The notes below the pieces were generated by a model that had not been told where the DNA came from, ran no database searches, and was given only the letters and a program-made list of their open reading frames with translations. A stretch of DNA of 63,821 nt, counting the filler, from Callorhinchus milii (taxonomy: Eukaryota), in NCBI RefSeq assembly GCF_018977255.1. It is 6 parts of 6 records of this genome, joined end to end, with 100 filler letters (N's around TTAATTAATTAA, not from the genome) between each part and the next. Parts side by side here need not be neighbours in the genome. Positions count along the whole stretch, not along the records: positions 35,691 to 63,821 come from NW_024705676.1; 5 more parts are not named here. The stretch is one strand, 5' to 3'. The translations under genes were made by a program, and so were the position numbers. Of this stretch, positions 60,486 to 63,821 are shown in pieces. Every line of letters begins with the position of its first letter. Positions within the stretch are counted from its first letter, which is position 1.

Positions 60486-60662
60486 CTACGAACATATTTT
60501 TTACGACTTGCGATCCATTGGACGATTTGGCGTTTGGGATGTACGTGGACCCGGAGGTGCGGAATGATAAGGACGCTGGATGCGCGTAAGCGAGCCGCCG
60601 TGAGAGAGGAGAAGTTCCATGTTGCCAAGACCCTTAAGCAGGCCATCGCTGACCTGCACAAG
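60486..60662 (+). CDS. CEP104: CEP104 exon (DPLDDLAFGMYVDPEV..MIRTLDARKR...KQAIADLHK)
   Basis: Matches recalled human SPLDDLAFDMYQDPEVAQIIRKLDERKR...KQAIADLQK; small frameshift. Confidence 0.85.
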
Positions 60663-61476
60663 GTACGTGTGTCTGTAGTGGACACGTAGCACAGTGTGTG
60701 CACATCTGTTGTGCATCATTAGCACGTCCATTAGTAACCATGGTCCCGGGGAACCATACTGTCCTGCTATCGCTCCGCACGGACTTTACACTTGTATTCT
60801 TCATGGGTGCCATGATTCCCCGCTTGTTACAGGGAGGTGCAGGAAATTCTTGGAATATACTTCAAGCGCTAAAGTATTTTGACACTGTCAAATGAACAAG
60901 ACTATATTAATTCATGTGTCTAAAAGGGCCAATACAATGGCGGATTGCAGACTTAATTTTACAGCACATATTTGCACTTGGATACACTCACATACTGAAC
61001 ATATATGTACCCACACACACCCTACATATTAATCACTGGGAGCGAATAAAGCATGTGGTGTATGTATGGTGTGCATATGCATACAATACTGGTATTTTCT
61101 ATTTTCAAAATGGACTTGCATTGTAATTTTAAGACAATCCATTAATCGGTATCTTGCATGTAGAAAGCCATCAAGGAGGCCCACATAAACAGGTGTGAAT
61201 GTTAATATATCTGTAGAGATAAATCAGCAGCCCATTAACTTCACTCTTATCTCCTGACCATTTTGTAGTCTAGAAGTGGGGAGGTTCATGCACACGACAA
61301 CATCTGCGTAATCCACCAACCCCACTTCTGAAGTGCTGCGTTACAGCGATGCATCCCCATGTTGATAACATTTGGTGCATGTGGGGCAGGTGCTTGTTGT
61401 TGTTAAATGGCATTACCTGTCGCGATTCTGGTGGTGTTCACAATGTATTTAATGCTTGCAAAATGCCGTGTTTTAG

Positions 61477-61623
61477 GTTGGCGAGCGATTAGGTCGGTAC
61501 GAGGTGGAGAAGCGGTGCGCTGTGGAGCAGGAGGATTATGACCTTGCTGAGAAAAAGAAGCAACAGATGGAGGAATACCGGCAGAGGGTTTACCAGGAGC
61601 TGAGGCTGCATAATCTGCTGCAG
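61477..61623 (+). CDS. CEP104: CEP104 exon (VGERLGRYEVEKRCAVEQEDYDLAEKKKQQMEEYR...)
   Basis: Near-identical to recalled human VGERLGRYEVEKRCAVEKEDYDLAKEKKQQM; 3' boundary less certain. Confidence 0.9.
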
Positions 61624-61927
61624 GTTGTCTTTGCTTGCATAAATTGTGGTGGACACACACACGCGCCAATAACAAGGGCTGTGGGTGCACAATCTCTTGT
61701 CCGCAGACAACTGGTGGTCCGCAAGGCCATGGAAAGTGGTCTGCGGAATTGTTGCAGATGTTTTTTTCATGAAACAAACTGCGTGGTGGTACCTGAACAT
61801 GATGAAACAAAAAGGAGATGTAACCTGTGACTATCTTGCTTTGTCATTCTGATATAAATATTCCATCTTGTATTGCGTGCTCTGGTAGGAGGAAGAGGTG
61901 GAATGGCTCAGTTCACCTCTTTTTAGA

Positions 61928-62120
61928 TATGAAGGTCACGGCACAGAGATGGGCTCTCCCCGGGGATTGAGAGGCAGCAACTCGCAGATAACTTCTCCAG
62001 GGAACACGGCACGTACTAAGGGGCGGCCTTGCAGGAACGCGGGACACCAAAGGGCATGATGGCTGCAGGGAAGATGTGCGCACACATCGTAGTGAGTCTG
62101 AACGGATGTACTCCACCCAG
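61928..62120 (+). CDS. CEP104: Probable CEP104 low-conservation linker exon
   Basis: GC-rich block between ttttag| and CAG|gtacgg, located between recognised exons; no clear homology. Confidence 0.4.
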
Positions 62121-62512
62121 GTACGGACATCATGACACTTTTATATCAGGTTGACTGATTTTCAGTTTATTATTTTCAAATATAAAAATTGTAAAAATGT
62201 ATAAAGTAAAAATGTGGTTTGGAATTCAACCTATCATGCACATTTGGAAGGTTTCAATAGATATGCTGTCATCTTCACAAAGGAATAGGAAACTGAACTT
62301 TGTATGTGCACACCACCTTTCGAAACATTGTATATTATAAAACAAATTCTATATTCTGATATATTGGTGTCGCAATTGCCTCTTGTAATTTTTGGATAAC
62401 TTGTGGCTTTTGTTAAGTTGTTGTTAAAATGTGTTGAAGATAATACTTAAAGATTTCATCAAGTAATAAAGAAAGTGGACAGTGCCATTCACAATTGTGG
62501 TCCGATTGGCAG

Positions 62513-62625
62513 CCAACGCGGCAAAACCCTCCCTCTCATGATGACCGGCCAATCCCTACGGTGGTGCGCAGCAGCACAAGCCTCAGGACGACGCAGGAGA
62601 CAAAGATGATAGTCTCTTGGCACAG
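62513..62625 (+). CDS. CEP104: CEP104 exon (..NPPSHDDRPIPTV..), 5' boundary uncertain
   Basis: Resembles recalled human LPYDERPLPAI; donor CAG|gtgggc. Confidence 0.55.
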
Positions 62626-62857
62626 GTGGGCATTGTTCTTTGTAAGCGTGCCCGTCACCCGTTGGGGCAATTTGTGGTATAAGGTGGATAGCCATTCGTT
62701 ATTCACCTGTGATTTTATCAGTTTGTGGTAAAGGTTTTCATATATTTTTGTTTATCTGAATTATATTCTTTAAAGCAGCAAAAAAAAAAAGTGTTTCTAT
62801 TGTAATATTAACAATTGAAAAAGCAAAACAATGTTCACATACAGGTGGCTGGCAAAA

Positions 62858-62958
62858 AGGCCTGGGTTCAATTCCCAACATGGCTCCTTTCTGTGCGGAG
62901 TTTGTATGTTCTCTCCCTGTTGTGCATGGATATTCTCCGCCTCTCTGATTTCCTTTCA
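62858..62958 (+). mobile_element. V-SINE fragment
   Basis: B-box GGTTCAATTCC followed by V domain CTTTCTGTGCGGAGTTTGTATGTTCTCTCCC. Confidence 0.75.
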
Positions 62959-63148
62959 TAGCTTAAAAAAAACACAATGTAGCTGGTATTGGCCAAAATA
63001 TCCTGACGCCGAAAAATTACTTGCAAAAATTACCCAATCACGATTACACATAGCAACATGGCTTTTGACTGCCATAATGATGGTGAATGATCACATATCA
63101 TCGTTGTGTAAGTGTACAAGCTGTTTGTGACTCTTGTACGTTCAACAG

Positions 63149-63326
63149 GCATGGGTTGGAGAGGACGCACGCACGACTCCGTCAGCCGAGGGTGGAGACA
63201 ACGCAGGTGGAGAACCGTCAGCCAAGCCGAGGAGGGGGAACCGCGGGGCAGTGGTACCCCAGAGCCGTTAAGCGAGATGGCACTCAGAGAGGCTGGGCCG
63301 GTCATTGACGTGTTTGGGAAGGGCTG
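63149..63326 (+). CDS. CEP104: CEP104 exon (..GTPEPLSEMALREAGPVIDVFG(E)GL)
   Basis: Matches recalled human GEPEPLTEKALREASSAIDVLGETL; cag| and |gtgagc. Confidence 0.85.
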
Positions 63327-63821
63327 GTGAGCAAATGCGTATTCGCCCAACTCCGCGTGGGGTTCAAGTACTTTTGTGCACGTGGAAATCTTTTGCTTCA
63401 AAATACACTGGAAATACGGTGTAAGGCCAACATTGCATGGCAGCTTGTGGTAGTTTTAAGTACTGAATCTGGACACTGATAATATGGATGTTTTTTGTCT
63501 TGTTGTTGCTGTGCTTACATACCACAGATCTCACTTATAAAATATCTGAGCAACTGGCTTAACGGATGATCTGTGTAACAAATAAAATAAATGTAATTGG
63601 TACATTAAGGTGAGCTTTCCTGAAATGTAGTTGATGGTGGAGGTGAGGGACCTCCATTTGTATTCCAGGTATAAGAGGGAAGTGAGAATGTTGAGTGGAG
63701 GACTTTGTGCATTTACTTTCTAATGTACATATTGTCGGGAGGTAAAAATTAATGTTAAGAGATGAGATTATGAGGTAGGAGTAAAGTCTGTGTCTGATCA
63801 AAGAGCTGGACCCTCAGCAAA

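Overview
The window is not one locus. It is six blocks joined by five identical 100-nt spacers (44 N + TTAATTAATTAA + 44 N). Blocks 1-2 (1-10616, 10717-20625) look like cartilaginous-fish DNA. They hold a two-exon GPR139/GPR142-like receptor gene with a GC-AG intron, an adjacent decayed paralogue, DeuSINEs, CR1/L2 LINE relics, a 750-bp LTR, minisatellites derived from L2 coding sequence, and a 4.4-kb G-rich AGCT-dense satellite. Block 3 (20726-28048) is featureless and looks synthetic or shuffled. Blocks 4-6 look like an unpolished long-read assembly of another vertebrate (possibly jawless; this is inference). They hold a 14-finger C2H2 exon, a Tigger-like MITE, an LTR fragment and CEP104 exons split across opposite strands by an inversion. 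They also hold palindromic Penelope-type elements carrying minimal hammerhead ribozymes. The largest feature is a 21-kb head-to-tail array (36927-57974) of a Gypsy-type, Gag-only LTR retrotransposon: four ~2.5-3.1-kb shared LTRs, three internal regions, tRNA-Pro PBS, PPT and no pol.
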